In this document: positions 53,069 through 64,000 of the stretch, piece by piece
Numbering within the stretch: the stretch's first letter is position 1
Layout of the letters: each line of letters begins with the position of its first letter
From: Geosiphon pyriformis uo1
Taxonomy: Eukaryota > Fungi > Glomeromycota
Assembly (NCBI GenBank): GCA_016748015.1
Contig: JAAOMT010000512.1
Location: forward strand, 902,719-966,718
Direction: 5' to 3'
Length of the DNA: 64,000 nt
The notes under the pieces: model-generated
Databases searched by the model: none
What the model was told of the DNA's origin: nothing
What the model saw: only the letters and a program-made list of their open reading frames with translations
Program-made: the position numbers and the translations under genes

Positions 53069-55390
53069 ATGACGAATGTTTCTGAGCTTGAAGTTGAGGT
53101 TCAAGTTAATAATGAAATACCAGTGCTTTGCAAGTTGGAGTCAGATGCAAAATTGTGCAAAGTTCGAGAGAATTTTAATAAAAACAATAATATTCTTATG
53201 GGTGAAGAAATGTTCTTCATGAAGGGTAGTGCTAGGGTACAAAAGAAAGATGAGGGGGGCAAGGATGTCCAAGAAATTATTAAGGAAAGCACTTTGAAAA
53301 TTACGGGCTCGAGAGCACCAGACTGGGATTTCATAATAAACAGTTTAAAATTCGAGTATGGAATCAACTTTTTGAAGGAAGGGGCCTGTCGAGCTACCAA
53401 TAAGGCATTTAAATTCAAAAAAATTCCAAGTAAGCCTTTAGCTCAACCGGAAATACTCGAAGAAACGGTTACATGTAAAAATCAAAGTGACAAATTTGTT
53501 ATGAAAAATTTCCTTAATGAAGTAAATATAGAAGCAAGTCTACCATGGTAAGAGTACAATTTAAAAGATCTTGAAAATTTTTAACAAGCACAGTCTGAAT
53601 TTTGAGAACTTTTTCGAACATTAACCATTCTTTTTAAGGTCCTCCACATCGTTAGGTTTGGGAGTTTCCATTGATTCTAAAAAAGAAGTCCACCAAACCG
53701 TTGCAAAGTCCGAAACATTTTCCATTTCAAAAAGAATCCACTCATTTATTGATATGTCTGAAGATGAGGTCGAACCAACACCTGAATTTGTATCAGCTGT
53801 GGAAAAAGCTTTTATTGGTGAAAACAAAAAGAAGAACCTGGAAGATGTCCTAAAGGACTTTGGTCCATATTGGTGTAAAAGGATTGCCCTTGGGGGCAAG
53901 TTAATAACAGAAGAAAAAAAAGAGCAAAAGGTTGAAGGACAAAATAAAGGCAAAGAAACCCTTCTAAAAGGGAGTATGAAGGTGGGAGGGTCTAACATAG
54001 GCGCAGAGTCTGGGCCTTCTAAAACCACAACAAATTCAAATTCTTCATCTGAAGAAAGCCTTCGTTATTGGATGTATGGCGGTGAGGAAAGAAATTATCA
54101 AGAAAGTGGAATGAAGGGTAAATGACTTGGGGAAAATTTTCCATAATTTTGATAAAACATGATTATAATATATTTATTTAAAGTATATCATTAATTTTTA
54201 GGTTGGCTCAATTCGATTTATGAACCTAAAAATTGGTCGGCAGTACAATATGACAATGTCCACTGCATTTTCGAACTCTTGCCCGAGGAAACACATAATA
54301 GAATTAGGGAAGCTTTTGAAAAACGAATCGAATCTTCACGTGTTGAATCTATCGAATTTAAAATGGATTTATCCGTGGCGAATTATATTCATGAGCTGCC
54401 TAAAGATGTAAAAATATCAAAAGATCATCAAGTTTTTGTAACAGTAATGAACGAAAAACTCTCCGACTCAGACTTTGCCCCCAGGGTTCATTATCATGAC
54501 GAGAATAGTAGACCAGTCATTCAGCTTTATAGACTGGGCAAACTTGAAAAAGGGCGAAAATATAAAAAGTTCTCGCTAAAGCTTGGGTGGATAGTTTTGG
54601 GAACTTCAAATATGGTGGATTTGATTAATTCAAATCAATCCACACTGTTTATTAAATCTGCAGAGGAGACAATCACTAATAATCGGGCAGAAATTCTCTA
54701 TATTCCTGATCCTAATGATAGTCTTATCGTAACTTGTGTGTCCCGTTCTAAGGACAATCAAAATAATCCCAGAGATTGCTCTGTTGTAACAGGAACTCAT
54801 TTCGTGTACAACAATAAAAAAATGGAAGCCTGTACTTTTTGTTATGACCTCAAAAACTTTTCTTTGAATACAGTGAATCTTGATATTTATAATTTTGCCC
54901 TCGATAACAGCAAACCAAGTTGCTGATGTTTCCAAAATGCCTATGAATGTCTCAGTCAATTATAGGTAATGTTTTTCTTATTCAGAAACTTAGTGAAATT
55001 GGGCTAATTTTTTTTAAAATTCTTTTTTCATATCGTAGCACTATCAGACGTAATGGTAACGGTAAGAGCGATTCTCAATTTGGGCACACAGAAATTAGCA
55101 AGGGGGTACTAGGAAAACTAATACCCAATAGACTAATTCCCAATGCACTACGATTTGAAGTGTCGTTTGATGAATATAAAAATTTGTTGAAAAAACCCGT
55201 AATGTTTCAACCAATTTTCATCAGTCTCATCTTTATGGACTGTGTGTGTGGAGATAACTGTGCGCCTGGTTTCTTCAGCATCAATCCAAAAAGTGCAATT
55301 TATCGATCATTGAAGAAATGTTCTCTCAGTAGTGGGAAAATAGCCTATTTTTGTCCCTCAACCAATAGTCAATTGGAAAGTGAAAGTTGA
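53069..55390 (+). CDS. Ubiquitin-like N-terminus plus MACPF-like domain protein, multi-exon
   Basis: Exons 53069-53547, 53639-54117, 54202-~54965 and 55039-55390. Motifs VEPTPEFVSAVEKA, LKDFGPYWCKRIALGGKL, MYGGE, WLNSIYEPKNW...CIFELL. Frame junction near 54870-54925 unresolved. Confidence 0.75.
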
Positions 55391-56480
55391 AAGGGAGAGT
55401 TTTGTTGAAAGAAGTTTCCAAAATTTAGAACATAATTTTTTTTAGTCAAAATAAAAGTAAGTGGTATTAATAGTTTTTCTGAGGTGCTATAAGAATCCTA
55501 GCTATGTAATAGTATTTTATATTTGGAAATATCAGAGTGATTGGAAATCTTTCATTTTCAACGTCTAAATGCTTTTTTTCAACTTTCTTAATTGAAATTA
55601 CTAAAATTTATAAACTTGCTACTTGGGCTACAAGGTTACAGTTTTGAACATTTATATACGTATAGTAGCAATAATAATAATAATATTTCTAAATTTCAAC
55701 GATGAACACTTATGAAGTGGATATAAATAAAAGCTTCAAAAATGGTTTGCTAGCATTAGCTGAAGATATTATCATTACGCTTATTCTCCTAAATTTACAA
55801 ACCAACATTATGCGATTGACTTATTGTAAAAAGTCAAAAAAAATTTGCTTTACATTTTCCCATCTTTTTGTGAATCACACACATTACTAAAATCCGTTAA
55901 CCTAACATATCTCGCCTACATTAAAACCTAAATATTCCTGATGAGACTTCATATTACTATGTGAGTTTAATTTAGGTATGTACAAGTCCTATAAGGAAGT
56001 AGGCTCCCGCATCGGCCTAAACGGACTCATTTTTAGTAAGATAACAAAGAAGAATGTTCCGAACACCATTGATATCCCTATCAGGCTCTATTTTGCATTG
56101 GGGCAGAATTCACAAGTTTTACTTTTATATTCCTTTTTATGAGTAAATACGTGACACCATGGGTGCTTGCATGCCTTGTAGATTAGACATTGTTCATGAA
56201 ATCTTAAATTAAATGCATTTTTGTCTATGTCTGATAATTCTTTAAATGTAAAACTCACACAATAGTATAATTTTATAGTTAAATAGCAAGCTTATAATGA
56301 CAATCATAATAGTGCTCAATTTTAACTCAAATTGAACAAAAATATGTAAATTATATTTTAAATAAATTTATTTAAAACACTAAACAAAAGTATTTTAGTA
56401 AAAAATTAAACAACTAACAAAAAAAAATTTAATAATTTTAAATTAAACTCATGACTTGACCTATTAAAAAAACTAATATA

Positions 56481-57890
56481 CTATCCAAAAGTTTCCGAAC
56501 AAGATTTTATTCAACAATAATATTTATTTTTTTATAAAATAAAACAAAATAAACAACTTATTTATAATTTTATAGTAATTTTCTAAATTTTCTATTAAGC
56601 TTTTAATACTTTATTGGTCCTCCTTGTGCTATAATTACTGCTTGAATACGTCGAGGCATACTATCAACTAATTTTATAATCGTTGATTTAGGAATTGCTT
56701 TCCAAGCTTCTTTAACATACTTATCAAGTTTTTTAATAGTAGTTGGCGGTTTTTCTTTTTTACGAATATTACATTTTACTATAGCCCATAAATTTTCAAT
56801 TGGATTGAGATCTGGACTTTGAGGAGGCCAAGAAAGAATACGTAACTTGTTTTTGCTATGAAATTCTTTGGCAGTTTTTGATCGATGAGGGGTAGCATTA
56901 TCTTCTTGAAACCATCCATTGTTTTTAGGAAACATGCGTTGTAAAGTTGGTAAGACATAATGGTTAAGAATTTCAACATGTCTAGTACCATTTACCGTTT
57001 GATATAATGGTACAATTGGTCCAATGTTTTGTCGTGAAAAACAAGCCCAATATATTCGACTTGGACTATGTTTGACTGTTGCTGATACACAAGACAATTG
57101 CCATTCTTCAGATGGTTCACGCCATACTTTACTAGACCGATTGTGTTGAAATTGAGAGAAAGTTGATTCGTCACTCCATAATACTCTTGCCCATTTTCGA
57201 TTTGTCCAATTTTGATGTTTAATAAACCAAGCAAGACGTGCTGCTATATTTGCTGGTGAGATTAAAGGTTTCCTTCTTGCATAACGATTTCGTAATCCAA
57301 CCGATTTAAGAGCACGCCGAAGAGTTCTAAGAGAAATAGTTTGCTTTGTTTTTCGTTTCCAAAGAGTTCGTATATTTGCAATACATAAACGACGATTTTT
57401 TCCATTAAGTGTTACTAAACGTTTAAGTCGGCGATATTTTTGGTGAGCAAATAAACGTGGACGTCCTGAACGAGGTCTTGAATCAATTGAACCAGTTTCT
57501 TTAAATCGTTTTATTGTATCCGAAACTGTTGTCAAGCTGCAATTGACTATGTTGGCAATATCACGATATTTCTTGACATGCTGCTGTAATAAGCAAATAG
57601 TATTACGTTGAGCAATCATTAATTCTTTTTTTGCTCCCATTTCGTTTTAATAAAAACGACGAAAAAATCTTATATGCGCGTTACATTTCATTTTTATAAA
57701 AAAAACGAGTATGAATAAAATCGATTATGCGCGTCGCGAAAAAAAATTATACACGCGTGTTTAAAAAATAAAAAACGCGTAATTAAATAATTAACTAACT
57801 TAATTTAGTAATAAACTCGTGCTTTTCTAATTATTCAAGCATGTGGAATGTTACTCCAAAGTTTGTTCGGAAACTTTTGGACACCCTCTG
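56481..57890 (-). mobile_element. Tc1/mariner DNA transposon (1410 bp)
   Basis: TIR core TCCAAAAGTTTCCGAACAA at 56484-56502, inverted at 57863-57881; TA flanks at 56479-80 and 57891-92. Confidence 0.92.
56603..57640 (-). CDS. Tc1-family DD34E transposase, intact 345 aa
   Basis: N-terminal HTH, GRPR, WSDES, FQEDNATPH, SPDLNPIENLW; 34 residues between the second D and E. Confidence 0.95.
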   Translation of the reverse strand: MGAKKELMIAQRNTICLLQQHVKKYRDIANIVNCSLTTVSDTIKRFKETGSIDSRPRSGRPRLFAHQKYRRLKRLVTLNGKNRRLCIANIRTLWKRKTKQTISLRTLRRALKSVGLRNRYARRKPLISPANIAARLAWFIKHQNWTNRKWARVLWSDESTFSQFQHNRSSKVWREPSEEWQLSCVSATVKHSPSRIYWACFSRQNIGPIVPLYQTVNGTRHVEILNHYVLPTLQRMFPKNNGWFQEDNATPHRSKTAKEFHSKNKLRILSWPPQSPDLNPIENLWAIVKCNIRKKEKPPTTIKKLDKYVKEAWKAIPKSTIIKLVDSMPRRIQAVIIAQGGPIKY

Positions 57891-58212
57891 TATAATATTT
57901 AATGGGTTATAACTAATAGTAAATATATAAAAATAATAATATGGGACATTCTGCAACAAAACCAAACAAAGTAAACCTAACACCACAAAAATATTTCAAA
58001 GTTTCAAAACTGCTGAAGTAACAAATTTGGCTTATTCTATTTTTCTTTTAAGTCAATTAATTATGTTGACTAATGTTATTCTTCCCATTTTTTGCTTTCT
58101 ACCTTTAAATGCAAAAATTAAAATTAACTAGATAGACACTAAGAAATGTTTGCGGCTAAGAATTGAACACAACTTCTAGTTTATATTCTCTTTTATTTTG
58201 TCTTTTTCTAAT

Positions 58213-59570
58213 TTAATCTATTGGTAAAGGAGGACAATTGGCCATTATTGTTTCTTGACCGCTTTTTCCATCATAATTAAAATATGGACCAAAATGAGCT
58301 TGTATACTTGATTCTTCGGTTCCTTCGGAATCAGCATTGCACAACTAAATAGGGAAAAGTAAATAATCAGGATTAGAAATCATTTGGTAAAACTATTAAA
58401 TAAAATAAAAAAGATTTACCGTTGGTTCAATGTGCTCATCCTCGTATTGCCTCATTCCATAACATCGATAAACCTCGGTTCTCGAAATTTCCTTTGAAGC
58501 TGAACAGTCACAATCTCGCTGATTTATCCAATACTCGGTAGAATGATGATACCACGTGTTTGATTTTAAAAGCTTTGGAACAAAGTCATTCATGTTGGTC
58601 ACACGGTATACTGAGCCTGGTAAGAAGCGATTAACATAGAGAGCAAATAGTTTGTTTCCCATTCTTGGCTGACCGAATGTATAAACCTCAAGTTTCTTTG
58701 GTTTCGGCATAGATTTAATTCGCTTCAAGTAAAGCGCTGCAAACATTGCTAAAACTGAAAAATAAACAATTTAAAATATTTACTTCAAAATTGCTTGTCA
58801 ATTCAAACTTTTCTCTGTGCTTAATTACCTCCCCCAACACCATGTCCAATAAAACGAAGTTGATATCGCTCGAAAGGAATGGCTTCTGCTTCTTTTTTCA
58901 ATAATTTTGAAAAGCTTAACACACCATCTTGAAAATACTTAAAATATTCTGCATCTACCATTGCTAATGGGACATGCTTGCCATAAAGTGTTTTGTTTCT
59001 TGGGTTTATTGAAGGTTTTATTGATATCTTCGGACCTCTGACTAAAACATATATTACGTCTTGTTTAGGGACTTGTAATAGCTTTACTAGATATTTTTCT
59101 TGATAGTTAGGGTGATATTCAAGGTTCCGCAAAATGTTAAAAAAGCACAAACCATAGAAAAAAGGACCCAGTCTTTCTTCTACACCATTTAAACAAGATG
59201 CAATTTTTGCTGCCTTTGCAGATTCCTCTAGTCTTAAAACTATTGGGTCGTCATCATCTAATTGGTCTTTTACAGCGGTAGATGATCCTCCTATTCTTGA
59301 AACAAGTAGAGGCCTATATAAACTTAATGATTTATATGCTGCCGTCTCAACTTTTTTATAAACTAATATTTCGGGTAAATCTATGGCAAAAACATTTTTG
59401 GTTCTATTTGAACTTCTCAGCAAACAGGTTTTTCTTATTCTTAAATAGCTTAAAACTTGAAAATCACAATAAAATTTTGAAAGTAGCACGATCCCAAGAA
59501 AAAATCCAAAAAATAAAATTAGAGTTTTCATCATGAGCAAATATATTTTCTTCGAATACGCTGAATACAT
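58213..59570 (-). CDS. Class-3 lipase-like protein lacking the catalytic serine, 3+ exons
   Basis: Exons ~59570/59534-58829, 58754-58420, 58344-58213. Motifs FIGHGVGG, YTFGQPRMGN, RVTNMNDFVPKL, HHSTEYWI, AHFGPYF; hydrophobic N-terminus. Confidence 0.8.
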
Positions 59571-62500
59571 TTTATATATATATTGATGAAGATATTAGGG
59601 GGTTTTTTCAAACTATTATCTATGGTTTTATGTCGTTGAATATCAATAAAAGTTTATATAAGTTTCCCCGAAGATTCTATTTGTTTTTTAAATTTCAAAT
59701 AAATATTCCATCTAAAGACGAATATATCTGGTTGGAAATCAGGCAGTTAAGCCATTTTTGTTGAATAGGAAGAATGGGACTAAGAGCAAAGATAAGGAAA
59801 AATTTATTACATTCTCAAGTAATAAATGTCAACCTTTTTCATTTCAAAATTGAAAAATCTACTATAAATAGTTTTTAGAAGCTTTCTTTTCAGAGAACCT
59901 TGTAATGACACGGTCTATAGATCTTCCTGTGAGAAAGGTTCCAAGAAGTTTTTTCTACCAGCGAACAGAAGAAATGATCTTGTTCGGAATTTTTGACCAA
60001 CATTTTAAAATTCCTTTAAAGCATTCTATTTCAGCAAAACGATCATAATTCTTAAAGTTTTTTGAACATTTTTTCCATTGTGTAGATTTAATTGGAGTTA
60101 TTTTTTATAGATCCTATTGATGATAACGTTCGAAAAGTTTTTATCAAATTTATTAGCATTTATTTTTTTTATATTGAAATTTTTCCTTTTTGAAAACTTG
60201 AGCAAGTGAAAAATGCCACCAGAATTAAAAAAATTTCGGATTAGATAAACAACTCCCACACAATTTGTAACTCAGGAGCTAAATCATTTTTGGGGAGTTT
60301 CAAGTGAAAAAAACTAGTTATGAATTTAAGAATGAAAAACATCTAACAAATATTTTGATTTCGTAATTGAAGATAAATTTTGATGGAATAGTAACCATTT
60401 TTGAAGGAATTTTTTTTTATTTTGAAACATACAAAAAAAATTTTTTTTATTAAAGCTTAGTATATTATATATTATTGAAAAGCTTTGATGAAATTTTGTG
60501 TTCTATTAATTTTAAAAGGTTTATTGAAGTCTTATATTTCAAAAATTTTAATGGTATTTATATTATATATATATATATATATAGAAAAAGCTGCGGTTTT
60601 AATTTAATCTTGTTACAACTATAACATTAATAAAGGTGTTTTTAAAAAAATCAATTTTCACTTAATGTGTCGACATTTGATAATTTTTTTTCAGTAGATG
60701 AATCATTTTTCATTTCAAAAAAAAAAACATAAAGGAATTAATATAGCATCTTTGCTTGAAATTTTTTTGATATATACAATATAGTCGATATAAAGGAAAG
60801 TATTTCTTTATATGAATCAGAAAGCATTTTCATTAAAAATATTTATGATTCATTTACAGAATGATAAAATATTAATTTAGTTCAGTTTGCTTAAATAGCT
60901 AAATTTATTTAATTGATTAGACAGAGATCAATTAGTTAAAAATTAAAAGTTTCACATGGGCAAAAATATCTGGGAAATCATTTTCAACAAAATGAAATAA
61001 TTAACTTATGAGCACTATATATATATATATATTATATATTTTTTAATAATAAAAATAGAAATTGATTTTTTTTCTTTCTAAAAGATATAAATTTGGAGCT
61101 GACATTCCAAAAAAAGCTTTATTTTAAATTCTGACTTAAATTTAAAAGAAAAAAAAATTAAGAATGGAATCTTCAATTGTATCATTAATTTCAATATTTA
61201 TTTGACTTTTTAAAAAACTATATTAGAGAAAGGCTTTGATAATTTAATTTATTAAGGATTTCATAAAGAAGAGTATACTTAGTGTTAAGGTATCTCCCCC
61301 CTCCAAGTTAAAGAAGCTCAATTTTTTGAGCCTATAAACTCGAGGATTCTATTGAAAAAAAATATGGAAGTGGAAAGTTTCAATTAAATTCTAAATTAAA
61401 AATTTTATTCACATTAGGATTTTCTTCAGATTTCAAATTAAAAATAATAAGAAATTTAAGAAGGACTTTGATTTTAGAGAATATCAATTAGAGAATTTAA
61501 CGATGATTAAAAATCACATATTTTTAATCAATGGTTTTTAATTCTCTTTATAAAAGTTAGCTAGGTATCCATAAAATTTTTTTTCTCACATTTTAATTTA
61601 ACTAAATATATTTGTATATGTATATTTTTAAAGCTGAAATACGGCGTCGTCTGAGTATCAACCCATAGAATTGATCCATAACATAAATAAAATTCAAATA
61701 TTCAAGTATTCGTATTATACCATACAAAGAATTACAATTACCTGATCCGACTATCCAATATGGTGAACCCAAAGAAAACGAACAAAAATTGGATCATTTC
61801 AAATTTTACAATATGCTGTGATATTTTCAAAATTTTTTTTTGTTATTTCTTAGAAAATGAAACCGATCTCTCAAAAAAACACCATCTCATTACTTTTTAA
61901 CACTATTTTTAACAGCGCATGAATCCAATTTAATTCAATCAAGAATGAAAATCATAGTACCTTAATAAACTCCACCATCAAGTTTATTTTAAAAAATCGT
62001 TTTTAATTTAATTTAAAATTTCATCAATTATTGATTCTTTAATATAGTAAGTAAAAAAAAAAAATAGATTTTTTTGTTCTATTTTAAAAAGTGTTCAAAT
62101 AGTATGATGATCATCTTTATTTTCATCAGATGCAAATTACATTTATAAAGAATAATTTTATCTCAAGCAAGTATTTTTTTGCGAAATTAAAAATATTCTA
62201 AAAGTACAAAATTTATACCGCACTATTTTTTTTAATAGAATTTATTGGAAAGAAATTATTTGTCTTCAAAGGTATCAGAATTATCGATTTCGTCTTCCAT
62301 TTTTGGTAATTAGTAGATTATTCCAATTATTTTGAAAATTTTCTCTATAATCAAAGACGATTATCACATTCATTTGACCAAAACCGCTCTCTAATAGTCA
62401 ATATTTAAGATGAAGCTATTTTTCTTATAGTTTTTGAGGTTACACAGTTTCCTAACGGCGCATAGAACAAAATTACTTTATATAAATTGGTGAAAAATCT

Positions 62501-64000
62501 TTTTAAAATTAAAGTAATCGATTGGTTAGATTTTAAATTTAGATTTTAAATTGAAAATTATTTGCTTTGATGTTTCATAGAGTTTAACTACATTAATAAT
62601 TAAAATTTAGGAAAATAATTTTAGCATTTTCTGTTCATTTCATATATAACTTTAAGGTTTATTAGAAAAAGTACTAAAATCACCAACATGTTATACTAAT
62701 CATTATACTTTTAAAATGTAAATTTTATTCTCAAAATCCAAATTGTCAATCAAAAAAATGATTTTCATTTTGGAGTATATATTAAAAATTCAAGTATGTG
62801 TATTTGAATTGGAAGTCAAAAATATATATACAATTAAAAATAAAAGATTCTCATATAGTTTTCAGTTTGAAATTTTGTTTTTTCTTTATACTCTAGGAAT
62901 TTTTATGAAAAAAACAAAAAAAACCAATGGAACGAGTTAAAAAATTAAATAATTTCTTCTCACTTTACCATTCTGAATAAGGTTACTAATTAAAATTATT
63001 CGTTAATTTTCCCAAGATTATTAAAAGTCATTAGTAATCTCATAAATTTAATCAATTTCGAGCTCAAATCCTTCTTATTTGATAACAAAAAATAATATAT
63101 AAATTATTTGAAATATATTTGCAAAAAATTATTTGGAATCTAATTGTTTAGAATTGATTATTTTTTTGAATTTAAAATTAGCTATTATCAATTCAAATCT
63201 ACTTGAATTTTTATATTTATCATTAAAAACTTTTTTTGTCTAAATAGAGAATTCTTTCTCAACGTTTTTGACCAAGGTAGACACTATGAAGAGACAAAAA
63301 AAGAGCTTTCAAAAATAAAAATTGAACAAATACCTCACATAAAGTTGATATAATGCACATTAAAAAAAAAAAGTAATTATCCTCAGAGTGCTAAACAATA
63401 ACGGACACTTTCGGATACAATTTTTCAAAATAGAAAAGATTTCTACTAAAATTATTGAAGATTATGCAAATATAATTTAGCAAATTCTATTGTTTTTTCA
63501 TTTTCGTTGTTTGTAATTTTGTCCTGGGATTGCGGGGTGTTTCACTATGATCCAAAAAGACCTTACAATAAATATTCATCAAGTTTATGAGTGCAAAAAC
63601 ACAAGCAAGTTTTTCAAAAAATTCATTCTGAAACTTGCAAATTTTGAATGAATGGGGAAAATGATAAGAACGTTTTTTTTCAATAGATCAAAAGATCTTT
63701 CATATAAAAAATCATGTAAAAGCTTCGTGTTGCTTTTGACGATATTCGGATTCTTTATTTTGAAAAAAAATTTCGATCACAGAAAATTCTCAATAAATCC
63801 AAACGATATTATTTTGGGAAAAAATTTTTCAAGCCAATCTATAATTCAATTAAGATCCCGAGAAATCTTATCAACTCTTTACCCGAAAAAACCTAATCTC
63901 TTAGCCACGGACTTTTCACATAATACGGGTCAAATGAGGGCCAGAATGGAACGTATAACAGACAGTTCAATATTAGAATTATTGACCACGTACGCCATTT

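Noticed and set aside
59600-64000. Short ORF 62743-62940 and (TA)n runs
   Set aside because: AT-rich intergenic DNA with no coding or structural support; 34000-36800 was judged the same way.

Overview
AT-rich, intron-containing eukaryotic DNA. The gene content points to a Glomeromycota (arbuscular mycorrhizal or Geosiphon-type) fungus; this is inferred from the Sel1-TKL kinase, the class-3 lipase-like gene and the element families. Bases ~1-30,400 are a nested, C>T/G>A-eroded transposon block. An old minus-strand gag-protease element is split by a full-length RNase H-bearing LINE (12000-28257), which is itself split by a Ty3/Gypsy element (14223-23729). The Gypsy polyprotein is unusual: pre-Gag domain, Gag, PR, multi-CxxC domain, dUTPase, RT, RH, IN, plus an extra ORF3. 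The block also holds a second, more decayed Gypsy copy, a second LINE 3' end and a long-TIR DNA-transposon relic. Bases ~31,000-60,000 are host genes: three genes with a divergent MACPF-like domain (standalone, Sel1-kinase-fused, ubiquitin-like-fused), a secreted GDSL esterase, a small secreted crystallin-like protein and a class-3 pseudo-lipase, plus a Tc1 transposon with an intact ORF. The strongest candidates for novelty are the sensor-kinase-MACPF-like cluster (possible fungal immunity or cell-death module) and the dUTPase/Cys-rich Gypsy family. All domain calls are by motif recognition, with no database searches.
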